NCBI GenBank assembly: GCA_002347855.1
Contig: DDYE01000017.1
Coordinates: 188,839-252,838, forward strand
Source of the DNA: Fidelibacterota bacterium UBA2242
GTDB lineage: Bacteria > Fidelibacterota > UBA2242
Length of the DNA stretch: 64,000 nucleotides
Direction of reading: 5' to 3'
This document shows, in pieces, positions 50,569 to 60,532 of the stretch. Numbering within the stretch: position 1 is the stretch's first letter; each line of letters starts with the position of its first letter. The notes beneath the pieces were generated by a model. That model made no database searches and had not been told where the DNA came from. It saw nothing but the letters and a program-made list of their open reading frames with translations. Made by a program: the position numbers and the translations under genes.

Positions 50569-50739
50569 CTCTTTTTAATCCTCTCAAACACACCCTAACC
50601 ACTCCCTTATATTAATATTCTTTGGGCTTAAATGTTATAAAAAAGTGCAGAATGGTCGGTCTTTTTTCAAGTGGTTGTATAAAATAGCTTGATAATGTGT
50701 TATTGATTTTATATTTTAGATCAGTATTACGGGACAAAA

Positions 50740-51579
50740 GTGGGAAAAACAAGAAAATCTCAGTTCACCAGGTGTATATACCTGAGTGCTATCTTTCTTT
50801 TGGGGACAAAGTTGTTTGCGATTGACCCTGAAACACCTCCGCGCGGCGTAAATCAGAACAATTTCGTAAAAATAGGTCCGCTCAACATGCCGGCGGTTTT
50901 CATCGAAGGTGGCGAATTTGAAATGGGTGACCATTTTGGAGGTGGCAGTAGCGACGAATTGCCGGTACACCATGTCAAATTAAGCGATTTTTATTTGAGT
51001 GCTACAGAAGTGACGATTGGGCAGTACAAGCAGTATTGTCTGAAGGTCGGGAAAGCCATGCCGGAACAGGAACCTTATGCTCGGGATGACTACCCTGTTG
51101 CCTTTGTGACCTGGTTCGAAGCCCAGGAATTCTGTAATTGGGTTGGTGGTTCTCTCCCGACGGAAGCGCAGTGGGAATATGCTGCTCGTTCGCGTGGGCT
51201 TGCTTACAAATATCCCCTCGGTAATAATATCAGCCATGATGACGCTAATTACTCCGGTGTTGCGCGGAAAGATAAGTGGAAAAAAAGCGCCCCCGTTGGG
51301 AAATTTCCACCTAATCTCATTGGACTTTTTGATTTAGCCGGTAATCTCTATGAATGGTGCTATGACTACTATAAAAGTGATTACTATGTTTACTCCCCAC
51401 AATTCAACCCAACTGGACCATCTTCGGGAATGTTCAAAGTCGTTCGTGGGGGTAGCTGGTATCACGGAGAAGAAACTCTGCGCACTACTCATCGTTACCG
51501 TTATTTAGCTGTAGCGCGTTTGAGCTTTTTAGGTTTTCGAGTCGCCTGGAATGCTGAAAAAGTCGTGCTCCCTGAATAG
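50740..51579 (+). CDS. formylglycine-generating enzyme (SUMF1/FGE) family protein
   Basis: signal peptide; FGE-sulfatase domain motifs (RGGSWYH...). Confidence 0.75.
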   Translation: MGKTRKSQFTRCIYLSAIFLLGTKLFAIDPETPPRGVNQNNFVKIGPLNMPAVFIEGGEFEMGDHFGGGSSDELPVHHVKLSDFYLSATEVTIGQYKQYCLKVGKAMPEQEPYARDDYPVAFVTWFEAQEFCNWVGGSLPTEAQWEYAARSRGLAYKYPLGNNISHDDANYSGVARKDKWKKSAPVGKFPPNLIGLFDLAGNLYEWCYDYYKSDYYVYSPQFNPTGPSSGMFKVVRGGSWYHGEETLRTTHRYRYLAVARLSFLGFRVAWNAEKVVLPE

Positions 51580-53803
51580 AATTGTCTTTCATTCTGCATC
51601 TCCCGCGATAATTGATCGTGACAATCCCAATGTAAGCCTTTTGGCATTAGCCCTTGGATTACTGGCAATGGTAACTCAATTGGGATTAGTGCGGATTACG
51701 GCTTTTACTTTTTACGGCAATGAGCTTACGATTTGTATTGCCATCGGTAATTGGTTACTATGGACGGGTATCGGAAGTCTTTGGGGGAGGCGACTGGCGC
51801 AGCATTTTCAAAAGACGATACATCTGATAATTATTGGCACAGGGTACGCCATTATTGTATTAGCGACTGTCTATGCTTTGACCCTGAGTCGCCCGATCTG
51901 GGGACTGACTCCCAGTGAGGTAGTTGGTGTTGTTCCTATTTGGCTCTGGACTCTGTTCATCTTTAGTTTTCCAGGCATTATCAATGGTCTATTTTTCCCG
52001 ACCTTAGTGCAATGGCTACAATCACGGATGACAGGATATCCGGTAAAAAATATATACATTGCAGAAGTTATGGGGTCGGCGATTGGTGGGATTTTCTTTG
52101 CCAGTCTGGTAGTACTACAAATCTCTACCTTCTTAATTATTCATCTATCAGTTACGCTGCTTGCTTTAGCAATTGGATTTTTATTGATAACAAGAAAGCG
52201 ACAGCTAATTTATATTTTTTCCCTGCTAACAGTCTGTTTTATCAGTGCCTACTGGGGAATCCCAGCCCTTGTGCAATACAAATGGAAACCAATGCCGGTT
52301 CTTAAATTTGTCGAGTCGCCCTATCAAACTTATACCATGATTGCTTATGGTGATGTCAAGAGTTTATATGGAGATAGCGAACCCATCTGGACTTATGGAG
52401 ATCGTGAACGCTCTGAAGAGTTAGTGCATTTTGGCTTACTCAATCATCCCAATCCTCGCAGTATTTTGATAATAGGTTACTTTAATTCGGACATAGCTTT
52501 CGAACTCTGCCAATATCCTTCTATTCAGCAAGTTACCTATGTTCAGATGGACAAAATTTTGCTTGAGTTAACTAAAAAAATGTTCAGGCATGACTCGCTT
52601 TGTTTGCCGGTAAAAACAATCACAGGCGATCCGATAGAATATTTGTCCGAGATAAGCACAAAATACGATATAGTTTTATTGAATGTACCACTGCCGACGA
52701 CGGCGAGCTGGAATCGTTTTTACACGCGTGAATTTTACCGTATGGTCGAGGCTCATCTTAATCCAGAAGGTCTAATGACACTTTCTCTGCCAGGGGGAGA
52801 AGAATATTTTACTGCGGAAGAAAGTGATTTTTTAAAAAGCATTGACACAACCCTCGCTACGGTTTTTAGGTGGCGAAATTGGATACCGGGGTTGACAGTG
52901 CATCTACTGGCTGGCAATCGTCCGCTCTATGGTGATCTGGATTTTATCAGTGAGCAACTTATTCAGAGAGGAATAAAGACTCATTATGTCAATGTCTATT
53001 ATTTGAAAGATCGTTTAGCGCCGAGTCGCAGGGTTTTTCTATATGAGCAATTGGCAAAAAGTCAAAAGCCTTTAATCAATAGTCGTGCTCGACCGATTGG
53101 TTACTATTTTGATACCATTCTCTGGGATCAGCGCACGGGTGGCTGGATAAAGAATATCTACCGTGGGCTGCATGGCATTGGGAGCTTATATTCACTTGGT
53201 GTGCTGGTTATCGCGCTTGGAGTGCTATCAATGTTTGCCCGAAAGAGCCGAGCCAATCTTTCGGTTTTCACAATCTTTGGTATCGGTTTTATGACAATGA
53301 GTTTAGAATCAGTGTTCCTGATTTTGTATCAGAGTTATGTAGGGAGTTTATACTTCCATCTCGTCTTTTTGACATTTGCTTACATGTCAGGCTCTATGCT
53401 GGGAGCATACCTTTTCCAGATTCAACGCCAGCGAAAAAGATTGTACTTAATTCTGGTTCTTATGTTGGGTTTGCCATTTTTAGGGCTGGTGATTCTCGGT
53501 TTTAAAATTTCACCTATTTTAGTAGCAAGTATTATCGGCTTAGCACTTTTTTCAAGTGGAATGCTGGTGGGATATAGTTTCTTATTGTTGACGGCTCAGG
53601 CAGGTGATAGGGAGGGAGAGGCGTTGGGACGAATTGCGGGTAGATGCTACGCTGCTGATATTGGCGGTGCAACGCTGGGAGTCTTTTTAGTAGCAATAAT
53701 TATAATACCCATCTATGGATTACCTGCCGCTTTGATATTGAATTTAGTTATAGGCTTAGTGCTCCTAATCGCTAACTTGTTTGCCGGTAAAATGTCTATT
53801 TAA
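51551..53803 (+). CDS. polytopic membrane protein with spermidine-synthase-like domain (fused MFS/spermidine synthase type); start uncertain
   Basis: many TM helices flanking a soluble aminopropyltransferase-like fold; 29-bp overlap with FGE gene. Confidence 0.55.
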   Translation: MLKKSCSLNRIVFHSASPAIIDRDNPNVSLLALALGLLAMVTQLGLVRITAFTFYGNELTICIAIGNWLLWTGIGSLWGRRLAQHFQKTIHLIIIGTGYAIIVLATVYALTLSRPIWGLTPSEVVGVVPIWLWTLFIFSFPGIINGLFFPTLVQWLQSRMTGYPVKNIYIAEVMGSAIGGIFFASLVVLQISTFLIIHLSVTLLALAIGFLLITRKRQLIYIFSLLTVCFISAYWGIPALVQYKWKPMPVLKFVESPYQTYTMIAYGDVKSLYGDSEPIWTYGDRERSEELVHFGLLNHPNPRSILIIGYFNSDIAFELCQYPSIQQVTYVQMDKILLELTKKMFRHDSLCLPVKTITGDPIEYLSEISTKYDIVLLNVPLPTTASWNRFYTREFYRMVEAHLNPEGLMTLSLPGGEEYFTAEESDFLKSIDTTLATVFRWRNWIPGLTVHLLAGNRPLYGDLDFISEQLIQRGIKTHYVNVYYLKDRLAPSRRVFLYEQLAKSQKPLINSRARPIGYYFDTILWDQRTGGWIKNIYRGLHGIGSLYSLGVLVIALGVLSMFARKSRANLSVFTIFGIGFMTMSLESVFLILYQSYVGSLYFHLVFLTFAYMSGSMLGAYLFQIQRQRKRLYLILVLMLGLPFLGLVILGFKISPILVASIIGLALFSSGMLVGYSFLLLTAQAGDREGEALGRIAGRCYAADIGGATLGVFLVAIIIIPIYGLPAALILNLVIGLVLLIANLFAGKMSI

Positions 53804-55292
53804 TTGTTTCGCGATTAAATACCTGGGCGCTAAAAATTTGAATTTCGGTATTTTTATCTTTCCAGGCATCGCGGGGCAAGCCTGCTTTTAAACAGGTATG
53901 CTCTAAAAAGGTGAGGCGATCCCAGCCGTTTTCGGTCGCGACCTGAGGCAAGAGCAATCCCTGGTAATAGCCCCGTTTAATTATCAAACCGTGTTTGCCC
54001 ACTTCGATTAAGTTAATATCAGTTATCCGTTCCGGGACAGTCAGGACGGAAATCTCGATGGTGATGTCCTTCAGTTCCTTGGGACTGACCGGTTCGAAAC
54101 GCGGGTCGCGGAGAGCCGCAGACTGAGCTACTTCCATGACGGTTTCATAGAGCGGATATAGAGGTAAAATATAGCCGATGCAGCCCCGCAGTTCGTGTTG
54201 TTTTTCAAGGGTGACAAAGGCGCCGCGCTTTTCTTTTAGTCTGGGTGGGATGTCCTGTAAAGTTGGTAGCGGCTGGTTAGTTACTGCGGCTTTAACGGTC
54301 TTTTCGGCTAAATCCAATAGAAACAGCTGCTCATCACGGTTCAATTCGCCTTTTGTCAGAGAGTCAGCTTCTTTTGCCGAACTTTTTTTAGCTGAAGAAC
54401 CTGGTGCAGTATAGATAGCCGCTGCTAAATAACCAACGACACCGGATTTATCGCCGTAAGGACTGTCACCGCTGTTTGCCAGTTTCAGGATTTTCAGCTG
54501 GTTAGCGCCTACGGTTTTTGTTGCAATGATAGTAGCGCAGATTGGTCCGCCACCACAGGCTTCGTAATCCTGAGCGACCAGTCCGCTATAGAAACTGCGT
54601 GCATCTAATTTGCTCAGGGCAGTCACGAGACGCTGGTCAATTTTTTGGCATTCGGTATAGGAGTGGTAATGTGAAAGATCGCTGGAAGCGACAATCAATA
54701 AGTCATACCGCTGCAGCAACTTTCCCAATTGTTTACCTAAGGCTTCGATGACAGTCCAATTCATACTGCCGATAACAATCGGCACTACTGACGTATTCGG
54801 CAAGACGGTCTGGATGAAGGGTAGTTGCACTTCCAAAGCATGTTCACCTCTTTCAAAACGGCGAAAAGTATGTCCGCTTTCTGAAAGCTTGACTAATCCG
54901 TCGGCAGTAGGCAGGGCTTGTGCCAGGTTTTGAGCGACACTGATTTTACCCAGTGGCGTCTCGTAGGTTTCGCCCGAATAGACTGCGGCATATTCGAAGT
55001 ACTCAACATGACTGGGAGCAATCACGACCACAGCCTGATATTGTTGTCCGACCAGTTCTTTATAACCATAAGCTGCCACGCCGCCACTGTAAACATAACC
55101 AGCATGAGGAGAAATTAAAGCCCGCGGCTTGACAGGCAGGGATTTTTGTCCTGCTTCGGCAAGATACTGATTAATCTGAGCAGTCAGAATTTTGCTATCT
55201 GCCGGATAAAAAGTGCCAGCTGCCGCCGGAGCCCGATTCTGGCCAGTTGCCGAGCCCCAGACTAATAAGCTTAATAACATAATTCTCACCAT
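53796..55292 (-). CDS. fusion of AmmeMemoRadiSam system protein B (Memo-like) and protein A (AMMECR1 domain), with N-terminal signal peptide (ORF extends to 55352)
   Basis: Memo motifs ISPHAGYVYSGGVAA...VVVIAPSH; AMMECR1 motif RGAFVTL...LRGCIGY; signal peptide MVRIMLLSLLVWGSATG. Confidence 0.75.
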   Translation of the reverse strand: MVRIMLLSLLVWGSATGQNRAPAAAGTFYPADSKILTAQINQYLAEAGQKSLPVKPRALISPHAGYVYSGGVAAYGYKELVGQQYQAVVVIAPSHVEYFEYAAVYSGETYETPLGKISVAQNLAQALPTADGLVKLSESGHTFRRFERGEHALEVQLPFIQTVLPNTSVVPIVIGSMNWTVIEALGKQLGKLLQRYDLLIVASSDLSHYHSYTECQKIDQRLVTALSKLDARSFYSGLVAQDYEACGGGPICATIIATKTVGANQLKILKLANSGDSPYGDKSGVVGYLAAAIYTAPGSSAKKSSAKEADSLTKGELNRDEQLFLLDLAEKTVKAAVTNQPLPTLQDIPPRLKEKRGAFVTLEKQHELRGCIGYILPLYPLYETVMEVAQSAALRDPRFEPVSPKELKDITIEISVLTVPERITDINLIEVGKHGLIIKRGYYQGLLLPQVATENGWDRLTFLEHTCLKAGLPRDAWKDKNTEIQIFSAQVFNRETIK

Positions 55293-55309
55293 CCTCTCCT
55301 GGAACATAA

Positions 55310-56437
55310 TTAGCTCCATACGCCGGGAATGGGTGTCTGGCAGAAACGACACTTGCCCCGACTTAAATTATTGGTTGTTATCATATAGCCCGAGCGTTCT
55401 ATCAATAGACGATGACAATTCGGACAATAAGTGTTTTCAGCAGGATGCCCGGGGACATTACCGATGTAAACATATTTCAATCCTGTGTCCAAGCCAATTT
55501 TATGAGCAGTTTCAAGCGTCTTGACCGGAGTTGGTGGTAGATTTTGCATGCGGTATTGCGGATGAAAACGCGTGAAATGAAGGGGGACATCAGGACCGAG
55601 ATTTTTTAAAATCCATTGACACATCTGGCGAATCATTTGCGGGTCGTCATTGTGTGTGGGAATGACGAGATTGACAATTTCCAGCCAGACCCCATTCTGT
55701 TTTACCCGGACAAGCGAATCCAGTACCGGCTGCAGCTGCCCGTCCGTTATCTCAGAGTAAAATTTCTCGGAAAAAGCTTTAAAGTCAATTTTAATTGCAT
55801 CCACCACCTGACATAAATCATTCATAGGTTGTTCGTTGATGCAACCGTTCGAAATAATCACATTGCGTAAACCCAGTTGGCGCGCCTGAACCGCCGTGTC
55901 ATAAATGTACTCAGTAAAAACAGTTGGTTCGGTGTAAGTATAGGCGATGGTTGGTGAACCTACCTGACGAGTGAGCTGGGCTAATTTTTCGGGTGAGTAG
56001 TATTCAAAAGATACATCTTCCGGTTTCGCCTGTGAGATATTCCAGTTTTGGCAAAACTTGCAGTGGATATTGCATCCGACGGTAGCCACTGAAATAGCCG
56101 TCGTGCCAGGTAAGAAGTGAAAGAGCGGCTTTTTCTCGATTGGATCGTTGTTTATGCTGCACAGGCGTCCGTAAACCAGCGTCTTGTAGGTGCCTTTCTG
56201 GTTTTCTCGAACACGGCAGTAGCCACGTTTACCCTCTGCCACTAAACAGGTTCTAGGACATAACAGACAGCGTACTTTGTTATCAGGGAGTTTGACATAG
56301 TAGCGCGCCTCGGTGATATAAGGAGTGGTCTTCGAAAGGCTTTGGGCTTTGCTGTGGGTCAATAGCGTGGGGAAAAAGAGCAGCCCGCCCAAACAGACTC
56401 CCGATTGCAGGCAAAACTCGCGGCGCGTCAAAAGCAT
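55310..56437 (-). CDS. AmmeMemoRadiSam system radical SAM enzyme with Tat-type signal peptide (ORF extends to 56467)
   Basis: radical SAM CNIHCKFC; N-terminal Cys cluster; twin-arginine motif TRREFCL plus hydrophobic region. Confidence 0.8.
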   Translation of the reverse strand: MLLTRREFCLQSGVCLGGLLFFPTLLTHSKAQSLSKTTPYITEARYYVKLPDNKVRCLLCPRTCLVAEGKRGYCRVRENQKGTYKTLVYGRLCSINNDPIEKKPLFHFLPGTTAISVATVGCNIHCKFCQNWNISQAKPEDVSFEYYSPEKLAQLTRQVGSPTIAYTYTEPTVFTEYIYDTAVQARQLGLRNVIISNGCINEQPMNDLCQVVDAIKIDFKAFSEKFYSEITDGQLQPVLDSLVRVKQNGVWLEIVNLVIPTHNDDPQMIRQMCQWILKNLGPDVPLHFTRFHPQYRMQNLPPTPVKTLETAHKIGLDTGLKYVYIGNVPGHPAENTYCPNCHRLLIERSGYMITTNNLSRGKCRFCQTPIPGVWS

Positions 56438-56438
56438 T

Positions 56439-56906
56439 TTATTTCCCATCCAATTTAGTATCAACAATTTTGGCGACTTCCCGCAGACATTCTTCTTTTC
56501 CCAGGAGATTGCGCTTGGCAGTAAGCCGCACGAAGTAATTTTTCCGATAAAAAACTACACAACCCGGTCCTTGACTCGATTCCGTGCCTACCATAGCCGG
56601 TGTAAAAGTCTGATAGCGGCGATAGAGTCCGCGCGCATTCACTTCATCACTCAAAACAAAAACCTCGAGTAGCATCTGTTTAAAATCACTACTACTAATC
56701 TCTTGAGTAATCAATTTCTTGATTTGATAACCACTATAGAGTTGAAAGCTCTCACCTAAAATTTGTTTCAACTTATCAACTTTGGTGTAGTTATGTCTGG
56801 GCAAAACAATCCACTGCGGCAATTCCTGAGGCTTCAGAAAATATTTGCCTGTCGAACAACCTGTCAGGGCAATTATTACCACGATTAACCATTGCATCTT
56901 TTTCAT
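56439..56906 (-). CDS. lipoprotein of unknown function
   Basis: signal peptide with lipobox LTGC. Confidence 0.6.
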   Translation of the reverse strand: MKKMQWLIVVIIALTGCSTGKYFLKPQELPQWIVLPRHNYTKVDKLKQILGESFQLYSGYQIKKLITQEISSSDFKQMLLEVFVLSDEVNARGLYRRYQTFTPAMVGTESSQGPGCVVFYRKNYFVRLTAKRNLLGKEECLREVAKIVDTKLDGK

Positions 56907-58447
56907 AATAGTTGTCGCTCCTCGCCTTCTCTGATTACTATGATGCCGGCTTCACCATTAAGCGGGCATTTATTTTCGCAAATACCGCAACCAATACACA
57001 AATTTTCATCAACTTGCGGATATAAGACTATGCGCTTATTGCCATTGAGAGGGTCAATATATTCCTGGGGAATGACCTTAATAGCCTTATCGGGTAACGG
57101 GCAGTGTTCTTCACATACCAGACAATTTTCGTTGACTCGATAGGGAATACAGCGCTCTTTCAGGAAAATGGCTTTGCCCATTTTGACCTTCTGCTTTTCG
57201 GGCAATGCCAGCGGCTGGATTGCCTTTGTTGGACAAATCTGTCCACAGAGATTGCAATTGTACTCGCAATATCCATAGCGAAATTTTGCCAGCGGAGTAA
57301 GCAAACCTTCCCAGCCTGTTTCTAAGAAAGCTATTTGCAAACATTTTCCGGAAGTAGCGCAAATGCGAACACATTCACCGCAACGAATACATTGCGCCAT
57401 GAATTCATTTTCAGTGATAGCACCCGGTGGCCGAATCAGGCGGTCGGAATGGTGTGAATCCGGCTGATTGATTTTGAAGAAACCTGCTCCAATCAGACCA
57501 CCGAGCGTCGCGCCTAAGAAACCACGTCTTGAGAGGTCAATCTTACTGGTCATACGCCCTGGCGATTGCCAGTCATAAGTAATCGCAGCGGGCGGACATT
57601 GCGGTGCACAACTCAGGCAAAGGATACATTCGGATTTCTCGGTGATGTAGAAATCTTCCTCAATCGCAGCCATTTTACATTTGCGCCGACAAATGCCACA
57701 TTTAGTGCACAGGTTCTGGTCAACGCGCCGTTGCAAAGGACTCAATTTGGCAATTAAGCCGAGTAGTGCTCCTAAGAGACAAAGATGACGACACCAGAAC
57801 CGTCGTGTCAGATTGCTGAGTGCGAGGATTATCACCAAAATCAATACCGGGAGAAGCAAGTTGGTAAAAACCGGACTGGCAACCGGGAAAAGATAAGCGT
57901 TGAGCCGATCCTGAAAATTCATTAAAGTTTCCGAGAATATTCCCAGCTTAATCAAAATCGCCAGACTCGTATCAACCAGGAGAAAGAGGAAAGAGAGAAC
58001 AATAACACCCGAAGAACGCCACAAGAGCGGTAGCGGATCCATTAACCAGCTGTACTGAATTCCCAACAGAGCCAGCACGACAAATAACATCAATAAGCCC
58101 GTCTTGACGCTTCGCCAGAGTGGATTTATTTTTTTTAAATGCTGAGTAAAGATTTTGTCGTTTAAATCTATCACTGTTCCAAGAGGACAAACCCAGCCGC
58201 AAAAAGCCCGTCCCACGACGAAGGGCGAAAGCAAAACAATGAGAGCCACCAGAAAGATTAAATCGAAGTGACGATTGGCGATGAGCGGCATAGTTGCACT
58301 CAAGGGATCTAACCACAAGAACAATTCGGGCGGCAACCAGGGCTTAAAAGGATATGTGGCTTGCAAAATTGTAATTATGAAGACAAGAAGGAAAACAACC
58401 TGGACAAATTGCCGAAGGACTCTAACAGTTGTTAAGTTAAAAATCAT
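56903..58447 (-). CDS. membrane-bound polyferredoxin, NapH-like N-terminal domain fused to NapG-like C-terminal domain
   Basis: FCGWVCPLG motif, TM helices, two ferredoxin Cys clusters, internal SRRGFLGATLGGL twin-arginine-like segment, then four further CxxCxxCxxxCP clusters. Confidence 0.7.
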   Translation of the reverse strand: MIFNLTTVRVLRQFVQVVFLLVFIITILQATYPFKPWLPPELFLWLDPLSATMPLIANRHFDLIFLVALIVLLSPFVVGRAFCGWVCPLGTVIDLNDKIFTQHLKKINPLWRSVKTGLLMLFVVLALLGIQYSWLMDPLPLLWRSSGVIVLSFLFLLVDTSLAILIKLGIFSETLMNFQDRLNAYLFPVASPVFTNLLLPVLILVIILALSNLTRRFWCRHLCLLGALLGLIAKLSPLQRRVDQNLCTKCGICRRKCKMAAIEEDFYITEKSECILCLSCAPQCPPAAITYDWQSPGRMTSKIDLSRRGFLGATLGGLIGAGFFKINQPDSHHSDRLIRPPGAITENEFMAQCIRCGECVRICATSGKCLQIAFLETGWEGLLTPLAKFRYGYCEYNCNLCGQICPTKAIQPLALPEKQKVKMGKAIFLKERCIPYRVNENCLVCEEHCPLPDKAIKVIPQEYIDPLNGNKRIVLYPQVDENLCIGCGICENKCPLNGEAGIIVIREGEERQLL

Positions 58448-59330
58448 AGACTACTGGCCGAAATTTGTCGGTGTTGATTTCTCCCATACCTTCGGCGTTG
58501 GCTAATTGAAGGTACGGTAAAGTCTGTGGGGCAATGCCGAAGATTTTGGCGCCCCAAGCATCCACTAAAACACGGTCTGTGCCGGCAATTAACGTATTGA
58601 GTTGGTCAACATCTTCCAGATTTCCACCGGAAGGACCATTGCGACGTAAGACACGGTAGGCGTCGAGAATAGTCAAATTGGCTACGATGACGCGATTCAA
58701 GTCCACAATATTTTCGGCAAAGGGGCGATGAATACGCCCCCGGTTACCACCGATTAAACCCATTACATTCTTAAATCCCATCGTGATTTGGGTGGTGCCG
58801 TGCTGCTTTAGGATGGGCAGATTGATGATTTTATCGACTTTGAAGACTTCCTGGTGAATGAGCCAGCTTTTAAGCTGTCGAGAATTGGGAATAGGAGTTT
58901 CGATGAATTGATTATCGCGCACAAAACGTACTTCAGCGCCGTATTTTTCCGCATATTCGGGAATTCGGCAGCTTGTATAACTGCGTCGCGCATCATTGCA
59001 AGTATTATCCAGGATTAAAACATTAGCCGCGCCAGCTTGATAACACTGGCGGACCACTTCGGCAACTAATTCCGGATTAGTGGTAGCAGCATATTCCGGC
59101 GTACGGTCCCAACTCAAATTGGGCTTGAGTAGTACCCGTTCGCCCTTGCTGACAAACCGTTTTATTCCGCCGAGGAGCTCCAGAGCTTTACCGACCATAG
59201 CCGCAGGCAAACCATTTTTGACTAATACCAGGTCAGCGGGTGGGTTTGATGGAAAAGCGCTGTGAGGCAAGCCTGTTAAGACACCGCCGGTGATGATGGC
59301 AGTAGTCTTAAGAAATTGGCGACGATTCAT
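58437..59330 (-). CDS. DUF362 domain protein with Tat signal peptide
   Basis: MNRRQFLKTTAIITGG twin-arginine signal; DUF362-like body (paralog of 14440-15519 without the ferredoxin domain). Confidence 0.7.
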   Translation of the reverse strand: MNRRQFLKTTAIITGGVLTGLPHSAFPSNPPADLVLVKNGLPAAMVGKALELLGGIKRFVSKGERVLLKPNLSWDRTPEYAATTNPELVAEVVRQCYQAGAANVLILDNTCNDARRSYTSCRIPEYAEKYGAEVRFVRDNQFIETPIPNSRQLKSWLIHQEVFKVDKIINLPILKQHGTTQITMGFKNVMGLIGGNRGRIHRPFAENIVDLNRVIVANLTILDAYRVLRRNGPSGGNLEDVDQLNTLIAGTDRVLVDAWGAKIFGIAPQTLPYLQLANAEGMGEINTDKFRPVVYDF

Positions 59331-59548
59331 AAAATCCCCTTTTTTGTAATAAAATAATAGCTGCCTGCTTAGGATTCAAGAAATTTATCTATTTTTATTT
59401 AAAAATTCGGTTAAGGGTTAGTGGCTAAAAAGATTTTTCCTTTCGAAGTTGAAACATTTATATAAAATGAACTCAAGGCGTAGCAATAAACCTTGTCAAC
59501 CTGCCGGTTATTATTTAATATTCAAATGTAAAAAAAAGGGGTTATACC

Positions 59549-59743
59549 ATGAAACGTATTTATCGGTCGAAAACTGATGCCAAACTCGCGGGAATCTGCG
59601 GTGGATTGGGTGAAATATTTGCAGTTGACTCGACTCTCATCAGACTGGCATTTGTCTTTGTAGCTATGGCGACTGGTCTTTTGCCCATGATTATCACTTA
59701 TTTTATTGGGTGGATTATCATTCCCGAAGGACCGTTAGAGTAA
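59549..59743 (+). CDS. PspC domain-containing protein
   Basis: KLAGICGGLGEIF motif and TM helix. Confidence 0.75.
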   Translation: MKRIYRSKTDAKLAGICGGLGEIFAVDSTLIRLAFVFVAMATGLLPMIITYFIGWIIIPEGPLE

Positions 59744-59779
59744 CTACCTACCAGATAGAATCATTGATAGGAACATGAA

Positions 59780-60457
59780 ATGCTGGGGATCTTGATTAAT
59801 GCGGGGACGGTTATAGTCGGTTCGTCTTTGGGTTTGCTATTACGGACGCGGTTGCCTGAGAAAATTAGCACTATTGTCTTTCAAGCCATTGGACTTTTTA
59901 CGGTTTATCTGGGAATTACGATGGCTTTTAAAACCCATCATCTGTTAATCGTGATTTTCAGCCTGGTACTGGGTGCAATTACCGGCGAATTAATCCAAAT
60001 CGAAGTAGGACTGGAAAAATGGGGGCTGCGTCTGAAAAAATATTTTGGTGCCAATCAGGAAAAATTTGCGGAAGGTCTGGTGACCGCATTTTTGCTATTT
60101 TGTATGGGATCAATGACCATATTAGGTGCTTTTGAAGAGGGATTAGGCGGCAAACCCAATTTGTTAATTGCCAAAGCCTGGTTAGATGGTTTTTCGTCAC
60201 TCGCCCTGGCAGCAGCCCTGGGCAGTGGTGTCCTGGTGGCAGTCGTGCCATTGGTTATTTATCAGGGCTTATTGACCCTGCTTGCCCGACTTTTAGGTTC
60301 GGTACTTTCTTTAACTGTAATCGACGAAATGACTGCTGTCGGTGGCATTCTTTTAATAGGATTGGGTATTAATATTCTTGAGATAAAGTCAATCAGGGTG
60401 CTGAATATGCTGCCGGCGTTGGTTTATGCATTAATTCTCGTGCTAATCATAAAGTAA
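59780..60457 (+). CDS. DUF554 family membrane protein
   Basis: N-terminal MLGILINAGTVIVGSSLG typical of the family. Confidence 0.7.
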   Translation: MLGILINAGTVIVGSSLGLLLRTRLPEKISTIVFQAIGLFTVYLGITMAFKTHHLLIVIFSLVLGAITGELIQIEVGLEKWGLRLKKYFGANQEKFAEGLVTAFLLFCMGSMTILGAFEEGLGGKPNLLIAKAWLDGFSSLALAAALGSGVLVAVVPLVIYQGLLTLLARLLGSVLSLTVIDEMTAVGGILLIGLGINILEIKSIRVLNMLPALVYALILVLIIK

Positions 60458-60532
60458 ATAACCGGTCTCAGCATTTATTATTCGCTTTGAATTTATAATC
60501 GCAAGTACGACTTAATTATTTAAATTTGTTGT

